A stretch of 64,000 nucleotides of DNA from Octopus sinensis (Eukaryota). A model generated the notes under the pieces. The model was not told where the DNA came from. It ran no database searches and saw only the letters and a program-made list of their open reading frames with translations. Position 1 is the stretch's first letter; each line of letters begins with the position of its first letter. Below are positions 26,640 through 39,469 of the stretch, piece by piece. The position numbers and the translations under genes were made by a program. The stretch lies in the NCBI RefSeq assembly GCF_006345805.1, contig NC_042997.1, positions 69,440,001-69,504,000 on the forward strand, in the 5' to 3' direction.

Positions 26640-26671
26640 ATATGTATGTATGCATGTATGTGTGTATATAT

Positions 26672-26770
<99 letters not shown>

Positions 26771-26807
26771 ATATATATATAATATAATATATATATATAT
26801 ATATATG

Positions 26808-26869
<62 letters not shown>

Positions 26870-26942
26870 GTATGTATATATATATATATATTATATATAT
26901 ATATATAAAATATATATATATGTATGTGTGTATATATATGTG

Positions 26943-26978
<36 letters not shown>

Positions 26979-27005
26979 TATACATAAATATATACATATA
27001 TATAA
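26640..27005. repeat. Long (TA)n/(TATG)n microsatellite
   Basis: Directly visible. Confidence 0.95.
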
Positions 27006-27469
27006 TATCAAAACATAATCACCCCAAAAATACCAGTCTGCATTAAAATATATAAAGATGGAATTGTAACAAAATATACAAAATATAAATACAATCTTTA
27101 CATATAATTTAAATTCTAAATGTTTACATGTAACAACAACAGATTATCTTCTATTTTTTTCAATACATGTCTGAAAGAACAAGTCGTTTCACATACGTTT
27201 GTGTAAGTGTATTTGTGTCCATTATTCCTTACTATATGAAAATGTTTTCCATAAAATTAACTTACAATTTTCATTGTGAAGCTATAAAACGGTACCTAGT
27301 TTCTTCCCCTTTATACATATAATTATACATCCATGCAGGTATTCAAAGAAAGGTATGCGTATATTTGTTTCTCTTTGAATGTTTTGGCGTCATTTTATTT
27401 TCCTCTTGCATTGTTGCTATGGTAATCTATCACAAATGTCGACGTCGTCGTCGTCAGTTTCCAATACGC

Positions 27470-27930
27470 TTCTTCATTGAGATGGTGGTGTCGATGGTGT
27501 CGATGGTGGTGCTGGCGGAGATGGCGGCAGCGGTGATCGTTTGTTTTGTCGGTTGTAGCGATGAAAACGGCGGCGGCGACTATTGTGGTGGTCAAGATGA
27601 GGGTAGTGGTGGTGGTGGTGGTGGTGATAGTAGTGGTGGTGGTGGTGATGATGGTGGTGGTGGTGGTGGTGATGGTGATGGTGGTTGTCGTGGTTGTATT
27701 CCGTTGATTGTGTTGTTCGTGGTAATGGTAGCGTTTCTGTTATTGAAGTTGGTGTGAGTGGGGGTAGAGGTTGTTGTACTTGTGGCTGTGGTGGCGGTAA
27801 TGCTGATGACGGTGGTGGTGATGCTTGTAACTGTTGTCTTGTTAGTCGCGGTGATGTCTGTGGAATCTGCGGTGATGGCGGTGGTGCTGGAGGTGGCTGT
27901 TTAGGCGACAACTTTGATGTCATTCCTTCA
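27470..27930. repeat. (GGT)/(GAT)/(GGC) degenerate trinucleotide tract
   Basis: Directly visible; source of the poly-G, poly-H and Pro-rich ORFs. Confidence 0.85.
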
Positions 27931-28482
27931 TAATATAGCAAAGATGTGAAGTGATGAGTTCTCTCTATTTACAGACTAATGAGCAGCTAATGGCCTTACA
28001 TAGTCTTTGGTGTCACAATTTAACATTCAGTTGCATTTACATTGCCAGAGATGGGAATGAAGATGCGGCTGCACAGACACATGAGGCATATGATATAATA
28101 TGCAAGCAGGCTATGAGAAATTCTAAACAACTCTGAAGTTACTGATCTCTACTCTACAATATATAAACAAGAACAACTTTGGTGCTGCTTAGATGACATC
28201 CTTAGCTTTCGGAGAGGATTTCTTCTGTTTCTTCTTCTCTTAAAGAGAAAACAACAAAAAAAAATTAAATAAACAATGATAAAGACAGTTATGTAATATT
28301 GGCTTTCAACGTTGGGAAAATTAATATACATGCACACACGCGTAGATGCAAACACACACACACACACAGACACACACACACACACACACACGCGCGCGCG
28401 CACACACATATACATTTACAAAATTCAGGCAAACAGATACAAGATGTACCCTGAATTTCAATGTGTATGTGTGTGTGTGTGT

Positions 28483-28518
<36 letters not shown>

Positions 28519-28704
28519 GAATAGAGTTTAATACCAAATCCATCTTCTTGTTAATTAATATCATATATACATACACACATATATACACGCACGTACTTAC
28601 ATATGTATGTGTGTGTGTGTGCATTTACCCCCACATAAATATCATTGTTGTTTTTGATGATGATGTTATTGTTGTTTAGACCCACATCAGTCCAGGTTAA
28701 ACAG

Positions 28705-28777
<73 letters not shown>

Positions 28778-28778
28778 C

Positions 28779-28812
<34 letters not shown>

Positions 28813-28850
28813 TAATAATAATAATGATAATAATAATAATAATAATAATA

Positions 28851-29522
28851 GCACCTGCAGAATATAAAGCAAGGCATGACAGAGTCGGCCAGTATTTACA
28901 TTGGACAATATGTCGGCATTATAAAACCAAAACCGCTGACAAATGGTATAAACATCATCCTGAAGCTGTGACTGAGGGAGAAAATGTATCGATTCTATGG
29001 GACTTCCCCGTGCAGACCGACAGGACTATAAAAGCTAATAAACCGGATATTATCATAAAAGATCAGACAAAAAAGATGTGTTTATTAATTGACATGAGTA
29101 TCCATTGCGATCACATTATAGCGGCGAAAGAATTTGACAAGATTGGTGAATATAAAGACCTGCTAATAGAAATTGAAAAAATGTGGCATCTCAAGGCGAC
29201 TACAGTACCAATGATTGTAGGATCTCTAGGAATGATAAAAAAAGGTACTGAAACCTATTTGAAAGTGATTCCAGGATTACCATCCCTACAGGAAGTGCAA
29301 AAAATCGTACTAACTGGAACGGCTCATGTACTGAGAAGAGCATTATCGCTGTGAAAACAACATCCATCCATGAATTTATTTATTTATTAATTTTTAAGTA
29401 CATATTTATCTGTGAATTTGCGTGTGTAATCTGGGAATGCATACAATGAGCTTCTCTGTCCTAGGTGTATGGAAAACACTCGGCGAGAAACGGAAGAAAA
29501 TTTGAAGAAAGAAGGAAAAACC
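28851..29522 (+). mobile_element. R4/Dong LINE, 5'-truncated (REL endonuclease plus 3'UTR), within (TAA)n
   Basis: Open frame RHDRVGQYLHW...ILWDFPVQTD..ANKPDIII...IDMS..KEFDKIGEYKDL; (TAA)n on both sides. Confidence 0.9.
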
Positions 29523-29594
<72 letters not shown>

Positions 29595-29598
29595 TAAT

Positions 29599-30668
<1,070 letters not shown>

Positions 30669-30674
30669 CTTCTT

Positions 30675-30770
<96 letters not shown>

Positions 30771-30797
30771 ATGATAATAATAAAAAAATATATATAT

Positions 30798-31024
30798 AAT
30801 GGGACAAGAACGCAAAACATCCAGATAGACGATACAAAAAAAAAAGGAAGGGGCATTCGAAGCCTTTAATCTTCAGTCAAGAACCGGATCATCCTCGCAA
30901 TTTCGGCTGATTAATCTTGAGATTGCTCCAATCTGGCCAGCACCAAGGAAAAATTAAGCTAAGAGCATTAGATTCATTAGAAAAAAGCTTCGAATGTATA
31001 TGAAACAAGGACGGGAAAACGGAC
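30798..31024 (-). mobile_element. PLE-type terminal repeat, family B
   Basis: Homologous to 19078-19340. Confidence 0.6.
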
Positions 31025-31026
31025 GA

Positions 31027-31524
31027 TGTAGGATTCTCAAAACCAGATAGGGGAAACCTAGTTCGAAGACTACAGATCCAATCTATCACTGAAAATGTAA
31101 AAATCTCGCTCAAATTTATACCGACTCTGCTTCCCACTCATTGATGCGAGAAGCCCTTCAAATTGCTAAAGTTCCAGTGAGAATAGCCAAAGCCATAGCA
31201 ACCTGACTTCGTCGTGGGCCACCAAACTGAAGTTAAATACAAGGAGTGATTGTATTATCACTGACGAATACAGTATCGCAGAGGCATATTCCAAGGAACA
31301 ACCTCTCTGTAATGTTTATGCTTCCTGCAAACCCCTTATTCGCGTTAAGAAAGCATGAAGGATATCACGCTGGTTCACAAGGAAGCAAACATACCAAAAT
31401 TACAGATTATTTCTTTGTGGATGACTTGGAACTACATGCAAAGTATATGCAGGAAATGAAAAAGAGTCTCACCCTGGTTACAACATTCTCAAAGAATATA
31501 GGGTTGAAGTTTGGTAATGATAAA

Positions 31525-31527
<3 letters not shown>
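31027..31527 (+). mobile_element. R4/Dong LINE fragments (C-terminal piece followed by RT core)
   Basis: LVRRLQIQSIT at 31027-31106, then YRRGIFQG-like segment and ITDYFFVDDLELHAK...TFSKNIGLKFGNDK (FVDD). Confidence 0.75.
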
Positions 31528-31591
<64 letters not shown>

Positions 31592-31754
31592 TAGATAAAA
31601 ACACCTTTTATCAATTCAAAATGAACAATTAAATTACACCATCTAGAAAATTACGTATAATAGAAATATTAAAATTAAAATAGCAATGAAATACCGACGA
31701 TTAAGTAAATTGCAAAAAAATTAATGAAAACGTATATAATTTGTATATATACAT

Positions 31755-31788
<34 letters not shown>

Positions 31789-32038
31789 ATATTATATATA
31801 TATATATAATATATATATATATATAATTATGTGAAATAGAAAGATGAATAATCTTGTTGTAGATTAATCAAAAGTTAACCGATACCTTAGTAGCAAAAAT
31901 CACAGCAGTAAACAGCACGGTTGGAGGTACAACCATCTGGCGTTGCAACCGTGCGTTGGTGCGGATAATTGAAATTAAAACATTATTGGTGAATTGAAGA
32001 AATGGAGCTGAACGCAGATTGAACAGAAATCGTTTTAT

Positions 32039-32124
32039 TTCATTCTACACGTGTTCGAAAGGCACAAATTACCAAAATCCGATTGAATAATGGGACCATA
32101 TTGTGTCTTTCTCTTCAGGAAGAA
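32039..32124 (-). ncRNA. Hammerhead-like motif, one A short in the GAAA core
   Basis: UUCUUC-CUGAAGA-GAAAGACACAA...UUGUGCCUUUC-GAA-CACGUG-UA^GAAUGAA; stem II pairs 10 of 11. Confidence 0.6.
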
Positions 32125-32716
32125 AAAAGGAAATCCGTTAGAGAAACAAAAACAGAACAGAGGCGGAGCAAAAACCAAATCGAACTATGCTCCTAAGAGC
32201 CCATGGCGAAACTGTTTATCAGTGTATGCTGAGAACCGGTGGCTGAAGAATTCTACAGGTCAGGCATCGGTCAATCATGTGGGTGAGGGTGTATAGATGT
32301 TCTTAGTGACCGAGAATAAAGTTCTGACTATTTAAGGAATATGGATGTTTTATAAGGGGCGAGAAAAAATCTACTTAGAGACGTGTGTGTGTGTATACTG
32401 TTCTATATATGTGTGTGTTGGCGTAGGGGTAGAAAACATTTTTTGTGTACGTGTGTGCGTTTGATCGTTCGGCTGTCAGTGGCTACTGCCGTGATAACCG
32501 TTGGGTGGCAGAAAGAAAAATATATATATATTATGTTTTATGTGTGTGTGTGTTCATCTGAGCCTGCCTTGTCAAGGAAACCCCCCGCTGTGAAAAAACC
32601 AAGCCCCGTTTGTCTTACAGGAGTAATTCCCCTTGCAGTGGATAATCGTAGATATCTTAAAGGCTATTTCAGAATTTGTTACTAAGGGCTATGGGTGCCG
32701 GTATTATTTATAAACG

Positions 32717-33955
32717 CTATTTAAAAGCCAGATAAGTGTAACGCCGCCAATGGGGGCATCGAAAAGCCGACTGTAAGAGCCCGTTTACCATCCGGCCTCT
32801 GGCAAACAAAATATGGAAGAGTTCGGAGACACAAAGGTTGCACTGTCTTCTGCCCCTATCAAATGGGAGGGCCACCGACAAAATTGACCATTCCAGCCTG
32901 TAGCTTAAGTTCGTATCCTTCAGTCGCCATATTAGCTTACTGAGTCCCGTGGTCTGGCGCTTGTTCACGTCCCGAAAAGTTGCGTAATGATTGGAGACAC
33001 GCAAAGACAATCTTGAGGATGATGCCCCTACATAAGTGAAGACATCTAAGTCCGTGTAAACCTTGCATTGGTAGACGGCGTTTTTGATCTTGGAGTTCGC
33101 CGACGTAAATCTTAATCTGCTAGGATTAGTTTCTGAAATTAGAACTGCGTTCCTGTCACTATATTCGTTCCGAGACCTGCAGCCGCTTACTACTCTATTT
33201 TCCACTACGTCACTATTAACTATAGGAATAACCCCTGATTCTCCACTATCTATCAGAGTACTGTCATTGCTAGTGCCCGTGGTGCTGCTATTGCGGGAAA
33301 TGATGCTGGGGTTGCTATTGGGGCTCTCTACCCTACTCCCATTGTTACCGTCAACCACAACACCCCTATTTATAACTATACCCCTAGTGGGTACTCCCTG
33401 GCTGGAGATGAGATTATGTGTCACTGTACTGGCTCTCATATCATTATTACTACTATAATTATTCCTACTGAGCATTAAACCGGGAGCGGAAGAGGCTGTG
33501 CCTCCGGAAAAAGGTGATAGGGTCTTAGTAAGTAGCCTATTATTATGGGAGGCGATTATCTGGGCGAGGTTTTTAGTGTTGGAGAAAGCTATCCTAACTT
33601 TATGTGAGTTAACCGTGGAGTAATATTTGGAATTTCTGGGGAAGTTATTGGCGATGGCTTGTCTAAACAAGAGGGGGAGGTTAGTTCTAATCTGCTTACC
33701 AAAGGGGATTACAAACCATATATGCTTATTCCTATCAGTGTGATGGGTCGGGACGCCAGCTCTCGCACTCTGGTGGGTGATTCTCGGATAAATAACGGGT
33801 CTTGGGTTAGTGTAAGACCTCCCGGACCGATAATTATCCTTGTTCGCTAAATTAAATGCGGGGGCGACTACCCCGGCATCCGCCGCGCTCCCGTCCTTAC
33901 TTAAAATGTTAATGTTATTATATACGGCCCTATCCTGATGACCGAATGATGGCAT
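32717..33955 (-). CDS. PLE-derived protein: RT thumb/linker, S/N/G-rich spacer, GIY-YIG endonuclease (412 aa)
   Basis: HIWFVIPFGKQIRTN (cf. PLE IIWFNPP motif); NAVY aa292-295, YVG 308-310, R319, H323, CNLC 372-375, E378, N391, RCPH 399-402; no YxDD motif; no internal stop. Confidence 0.8.
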   Translation of the reverse strand: MPSFGHQDRAVYNNINILSKDGSAADAGVVAPAFNLANKDNYRSGRSYTNPRPVIYPRITHQSARAGVPTHHTDRNKHIWFVIPFGKQIRTNLPLLFRQAIANNFPRNSKYYSTVNSHKVRIAFSNTKNLAQIIASHNNRLLTKTLSPFSGGTASSAPGLMLSRNNYSSNNDMRASTVTHNLISSQGVPTRGIVINRGVVVDGNNGSRVESPNSNPSIISRNSSTTGTSNDSTLIDSGESGVIPIVNSDVVENRVVSGCRSRNEYSDRNAVLISETNPSRLRFTSANSKIKNAVYQCKVYTDLDVFTYVGASSSRLSLRVSNHYATFRDVNKRQTTGLSKLIWRLKDTNLSYRLEWSILSVALPFDRGRRQCNLCVSELFHILFARGRMVNGLLQSAFRCPHWRRYTYLAFK

Positions 33956-34012
33956 CGGAAGGGCTGTTCAATCTGCGTTCAGCTCCATTTCTTCAATTCA
34001 CCAATAATGTTT

Positions 34013-34051
<39 letters not shown>

Positions 34052-34072
34052 TTGTGTGTGTGTGTATATATA

Positions 34073-34103
<31 letters not shown>

Positions 34104-34149
34104 CATTATATATATTTATTTATATATTTATATATATTTATTTATATAT

Positions 34150-34323
34150 ATGATTCTGTTTTTGTTTTCGTTTCTCATTGTGTTCGACGTTTTGGGGTGT
34201 CCTGTACCTATATATGCATGTATATATACATATAGATGTATGTACGTACATATATGTATGTATATATGCATATGTTTTATTTATTATTTTGTTATATATA
34301 TATATATATATATATACATGTGT

Positions 34324-34362
<39 letters not shown>

Positions 34363-35047
34363 TGTGTGTGTATTTAACAGCCCTCACCGTTTGTTTTTAC
34401 TGTTTTGTTCTTACTGCCCTGTTCTTGTTACCAATTTCACCCTCCGCAAAAAATTCCAAATTTTATTTAATTTGCTTTGCGGGAAGGACTGTTTCAACGA
34501 AGTCGCGTCTTGTCCTTGCTTTCGAACATGGATTAGATGAAACAGAGATAACTGAAGAAGGAGAATATTCTTTATGTTGTATGTCTCGTTTCTCTGTTTG
34601 TTTGTTTTTTTTTTTCGTTGTTCGAAAAAAGTTCGTTTCTATGTTTTTGTTTTTATGTTTTCATTTCTCATTGTGTTCAACGTTTTTCGATGTCCTGTAC
34701 CCATATATACATGCGTATATATACATATATATGTAGGTATGTACATATATGTATGTATATATGTATATATCTATATATTATTTATATTATTATTATATAT
34801 ACATATATATTTCGTTTTGGGATTTGGTTTGCAAGTTTCTTTATTTGAGTTCGTGTGTTGAAGCATAATCTGTTGTCTGGGGAGAGTCATTCTCTTTTGG
34901 TGCCTTATAATTTAACACATGCACCTGTAAAATTTCCACTTATTTCTTTAAAATTTTTCTAAAATTTTCGTTGTGTCTTGCAAACCTTTTCAATAGTTTT
35001 GACTCTGCCCGTTACTCACACTGCGTTCCTTTTTGTTTGTTTGTGCT
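34150..35047 (+). mobile_element. Cluster of PLE-type terminal repeats, family D (partly tandem)
   Basis: tttctcattgtgttc..gtcctgtacc..tatatatgcatgt occurs twice; homologs at about 44800-45200 (+) and 46660-46920 (-). Confidence 0.55.
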
Positions 35048-35537
35048 CAAGTGTGTGGACCAGTGTGTGTGTATGTATGTACCTATACATGTATGCATGT
35101 GTGTGTATGCATGCATGTGTGTGTGTGCATATGTATGTATCTAGCTATGTGTGTACATTTGCATGTATGTATTCTGCATATTCATGTGTTTGCATGACCC
35201 TGTTTGTGGGTTTTCATGTATGTGCGTGTGTGTGCGTGTTTGTATATGTGTGTGTGTACCTCTGTCTCCTAGTGCATGCATGTCTGAGTGTGTGTGTGTG
35301 TATGTTTTGCAACTATGTACCGTGTTTGTATGTATGAATGTGCATCTCCATGTGTGTGGACGTGTGTCTCCATATGTGTCTTTGTGTGGAGTAAAGTGAG
35401 GGTGTATATATGGTCATGTGTCTCAGTCTTCATTTGCGTATGTGTGCTTGTCTGTTCATATAATCTGTATGGTGATCTGTTTACTTTCATATCCATATGC
35501 TTACATACATGTGCGTATACAGGATCCACAAATATGC

Positions 35538-35704
35538 GCACAAACAAACAAAAAGGAACACAGTGTGAGTCACGAATAGAATCAAAGGTATTGAAAAGGT
35601 TGCAAAACGCAACGAAAATTTTAGAAAAATAAAAAATAAGTGGAAATTTTACCGGTGAGTGTGTTAATTATAAGCCACCAAAAGGGAATTACTCTCCCCA
35701 GACA
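35538..35704 (-). repeat. Inverted copy of 34875-35047
   Basis: About 170-bp arms, roughly 80% identical by eye. Confidence 0.75.
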
Positions 35705-35727
35705 CTACAATATATATATATATATAT

Positions 35728-35764
<37 letters not shown>

Positions 35765-35794
35765 CCCCACCCTATATATTGTGTGTATATATAT

Positions 35795-36014
35795 AAACAA
35801 TTGCAGCTTGGAAGGTCTTTATAAGCCATTTAAAAACACACAAAAACTGTTAAATTCACTTCGACGTTTAACTTTAATTTGCCAATATATTTTCGTCGCT
35901 TTGAGACCGCGCAAGCACGGAATTTTGTCAGGGAACAGGTCGCAATCTCAAAACGACGAAAGTATTTTGTTTGTTTTAAATGGCTTAAAAACAACTTCCA
36001 CGCTGTAATTGTTT
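35795..36014. mobile_element. Palindromic element (probably an inverted PLE-terminus pair)
   Basis: aaacaattgcagcttggaagg..taagccatttaaaa versus ttttaaatggctta..cttccacgctgtaattgttt. Confidence 0.65.
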
Positions 36015-36077
36015 TCGTTCCAGCACACGATATCAGATAAGGTCATTTGCTATGCAAGTACAACTCCGTATACATAC

Positions 36078-36148
<71 letters not shown>

Positions 36149-36177
36149 ATATATCTATATATATATATATATATATG

Positions 36178-36231
<54 letters not shown>

Positions 36232-36248
36232 GTATGTATATATTATAC

Positions 36249-36325
<77 letters not shown>

Positions 36326-36329
36326 GGTG

Positions 36330-36478
36330 CAATCCTGGCTGTGTGGTAAGAAGCTTTCTTCCCAACACATAATTCCAGGTTCAATTCTACTGCGTGGCAC
36401 CTCTGGCAAGTATCTGTGACTATAGCATTGGGCCAGCCGAATCCTTGTGAGTAGACGGAAACTGAAAGTAACTCGTCA
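36330..36478 (+). mobile_element. SINE family 1 head
   Basis: ggctgtgtggtaagaagc (A box), ggttcaattc (B box), gcgtggcacc..ggcaagt. Confidence 0.75.
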
Positions 36479-36893
36479 TATATATATATAATAACCTACA
36501 ACAAAAATTAAATCCATAGACAATATCAGTTACGAGTAGAATTAATCGTGACTCATTCATACTTATTTAAAACTTAACAATAGCATCGTAACATGCATCT
36601 ACAAACTAGTTTTCAACGAAATTTATTGCCCCACCCGTACATAACAAGCAAAGGTCAGCCAACCTTTATCTAAACCGCAAAAGAATTTAGCTACTCTACA
36701 GATGTCAGAAGACCTGCCTGAGAGGAAACTCGGTGCAGATTGCCTACCTCCTTTCATAATAAACATAACAATCCTGGCTCAATGTATTGAGTTCTATATC
36801 TAAAAACGTTTGCACAACGTAGGATGCAGTTTTGATATATTTTATATATCTTACATTGGCATATATATGAAGGTATATATATAGATTTATATA

Positions 36894-37803
36894 TTAGGTC
36901 ATCCCATAAGTAATGTGGTTTTTTTTAATTGCATGAACTAAAAGTTGGGTCGGGGACAGGATAAACTACTTGCATCAACTTACTATAAAAGCAGGTAGTA
37001 ATTTTACCTTGTATTTATTCTTAGTGCAAGTTTTGAAGAGTGCAGTTCGATTTAAATAGTTATTTTTTCAAAGCTATAATGAAGGCGAAAAGGAGCATAT
37101 TCGGCATATTTTGATTTATAAGTTCAATAAAGGCAACAACGCGACGAAAAGTGCAAGGAATATTAATGCAGTATATGGGGATCGAACAATAAGCGTAAGC
37201 TGTGTCAACGGTGGTTCCATATATTCCGAACCGGAAACTACAGCATCGAAGACGAACCTCGTCCCGGAAGATTAGTAGAACTCGGTGAGGACGTCCTGCA
37301 AAATCTAGTGGAATAAAGTCCCATCCTAACTGTTGATGAACCAGCAGAGAAGCTTGGATTTGGTCATTCAACCATTCATCAACACCTGCGCTAGAAGGAA
37401 AACTACCACCTTTGATTTCAAGACAACAGGTGTTCTTCCATCAGGATAATATTCGTCTACATATAGCGAGGATGATATTCCAAAGGCTGGAGCAATTTGA
37501 ATGGGAAACAATGCCCCACCCACCATATTCGCCGGACATCACACCACACATTATCATTTATTCCGCAGTCTTCAAAATAATTTGGACGGAAAAGATGAAT
37601 TCTGTAAACGAGGTCGGCGGAGTATTTTTCGTCACGGACATGTGAATTTTGGAAGAATGACCTTGCAAATCTATCTGATTCAGGGAAGAGCATTGTAGAA
37701 AATGAAGGAGAATATATTTTAGATTAATAAAAGAACTTTGTTTATCTTAATTTTGAAAAATAAAAGAAGTATAAAAAACCGCATTATATATGGGATGACC
37801 CAA
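36894..37803 (+). mobile_element. mariner, internally deleted
   Basis: TA-flanked TIRs ttaggtcatcccata / tatgggatgacccaa; EHIRHILIYKFNKG N-terminus joined to FFHQDN..HPPYSPDI. Confidence 0.9.
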
Positions 37804-37811
37804 TACATACA

Positions 37812-37914
<103 letters not shown>

Positions 37915-38349
37915 CACGTGTGTTTGTGTTGCGCGTGCAGTATGTGTATATATATATATAATATATATATATATGAATGTATGTATGTATATACATATAT
38001 ATGTATGTATAGCTGTGTATGTAATGTGGTTTGTTACATACAAGTCATGATGCATTAGAAATCGCAGTCACGCTTGTCATTTTGGTGATTATTTGTGTGA
38101 TTATGTATGGATGTATGTATGTATGAATTTACATACATATATACATATGCATACACACATATAATATATACATAGATACATATATACATATACATACATA
38201 CATACATACATACATACATACATACATACATACATACATACATACATACATGCACGCACTAACATATGCTTTCAGTTGTGTAATATATGTACCTATATGA
38301 ATAGAAAAATATAAGTACACTTTCACAGACGTTATAATTAAGTGGAGCC

Positions 38350-38550
38350 AAGGTGATGAGCTGGCAGAATCGTGAACACGCCTTTCGAAATGCATAGCAG
38401 CAATTCGTGCGATCAAATTCCACCGAGGTCGAATTTGCTTTTCATCCCTTCAAGGCCCATAAAATAAGTACCAGTTGAGTACTGGCGTAGATATAATCGT
38501 CTTACCCTCTCCCGTGAAAATGCTTGCTTTGTGCCAAAATTTGTAAACAT
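38350..38550 (+). mobile_element. SINE family 2
   Basis: ggtgatgagctggcagaatcg...caaattccaccgaggtcg. Confidence 0.75.
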
Positions 38551-38653
38551 TATTAAGTGGAGCCATTTGAATGAACATAACGTCGGTCATATGCATACAC
38601 GTACATGCATGCATGCATACATGCATACATACATACATACATACATACATACA

Positions 38654-38684
<31 letters not shown>

Positions 38685-38879
38685 GGTGGCTACCCCCTCG
38701 TTATCGAATATGGCCATTGCACGAAGCTTAATCAATGTTGCTATCGTACAATGCCTGTGCAAGAAGGTTTTTTTTAAGTGAGGAAAGGCTGTGCACTGAG
38801 TCAATCCTACTCACTAAGCAACAACAGCCATAATCCGAAAATAAGAACAAATCAACATCATCGGTAACCGTTGAGCCAC

Positions 38880-39236
38880 AGGTTTTATGTCGGAGTTATC
38901 CCAGTTACCTGAGTTACCTTCTCCTAGAAGGATGCCCTAACAAAGGCTAGGAGTCCTTCACTCCTAATGGTTTAACCGCGCGATCGGGTATTCAGTCCGA
39001 TTATTTCTATGTCCCCGCGCATGATACAGCCTTAAGACATTTATTGGATGGCCGTTGACTCTCAAGAGTTCCTCCACCCTTTGACGGGTTTTGATTTCCA
39101 TCCCGCAGGGTGTCCAATAAACACCCTCCTCACCAAGCAAGCTTGGTGGGGTTGCCGGTTTAGTTGCCGACGACCCGACCATGCAACAGGTTGTACTGGG
39201 TTACATGTTACCAGTAGTACTCGAAAGTGACCTGAC
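38880..39236 (-). mobile_element. RTE-clade LINE 5'UTR fragment
   Basis: GC-richer island containing gggcatccttctaggagaaggtaactc, a motif recalled from RTE 5' regions. Confidence 0.5.
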
Positions 39237-39469
39237 ATACATACATACATGAATGGTGGCTGTCAACTCATACACTATCATGGATAAATTATCTTATTCA
39301 AGAAGTTAAAGAAAATGGTTCACACCAAATGCTATTCTAAAATTGGAAGTTGATATCAGCTTTCGCAAGACTCACCTTCAAAACCAAGTTGTTCAGAAAC
39401 ATAGAACTGCAAGACCTCATATATGAATATGCAATATATATATATACATACATACACAAAAAAAGTAGT

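Larger units (their letters stand above)
31976..34014 (-). mobile_element. Penelope-like element unit lacking the RT core, with 51-bp terminal inverted repeat
   Basis: 31976-32026 is the exact reverse complement of 33964-34014; contains the GIY-YIG ORF and hammerhead-like motif. Confidence 0.85.

Noticed and set aside
27474-27941. Pro-rich, poly-His ORF resembling a transcription factor low-complexity region
   Set aside because: Fully explained by a degenerate (GGT)n tract; no domain and no splice support.
30862-30895. CUGAAGA...CGAAU motif in family B repeats (also about 19185)
   Set aside because: Stem II does not pair, GAAA is replaced by GAAU and there is no clear stem III; at most a decayed hammerhead.
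31915-31954. 9-bp hairpin gcacggttg/caaccgtgc just outside the PLE unit
   Set aside because: Short and cannot be tied to the insertion without the empty site.
33084-33458. Plus-strand ORFs overlapping the GIY-YIG gene (also 33659-33850)
   Set aside because: Antisense shadows with no recognisable motif.
33927-33964. Plus-strand gccct-atc-CTGATGA-ccga..tcgg-a-agggc at the ORF start, hammerhead-like
   Set aside because: No GAAA after stem II and no stem III or UH site; CTGATGA is just the antisense of the H-Q codons.
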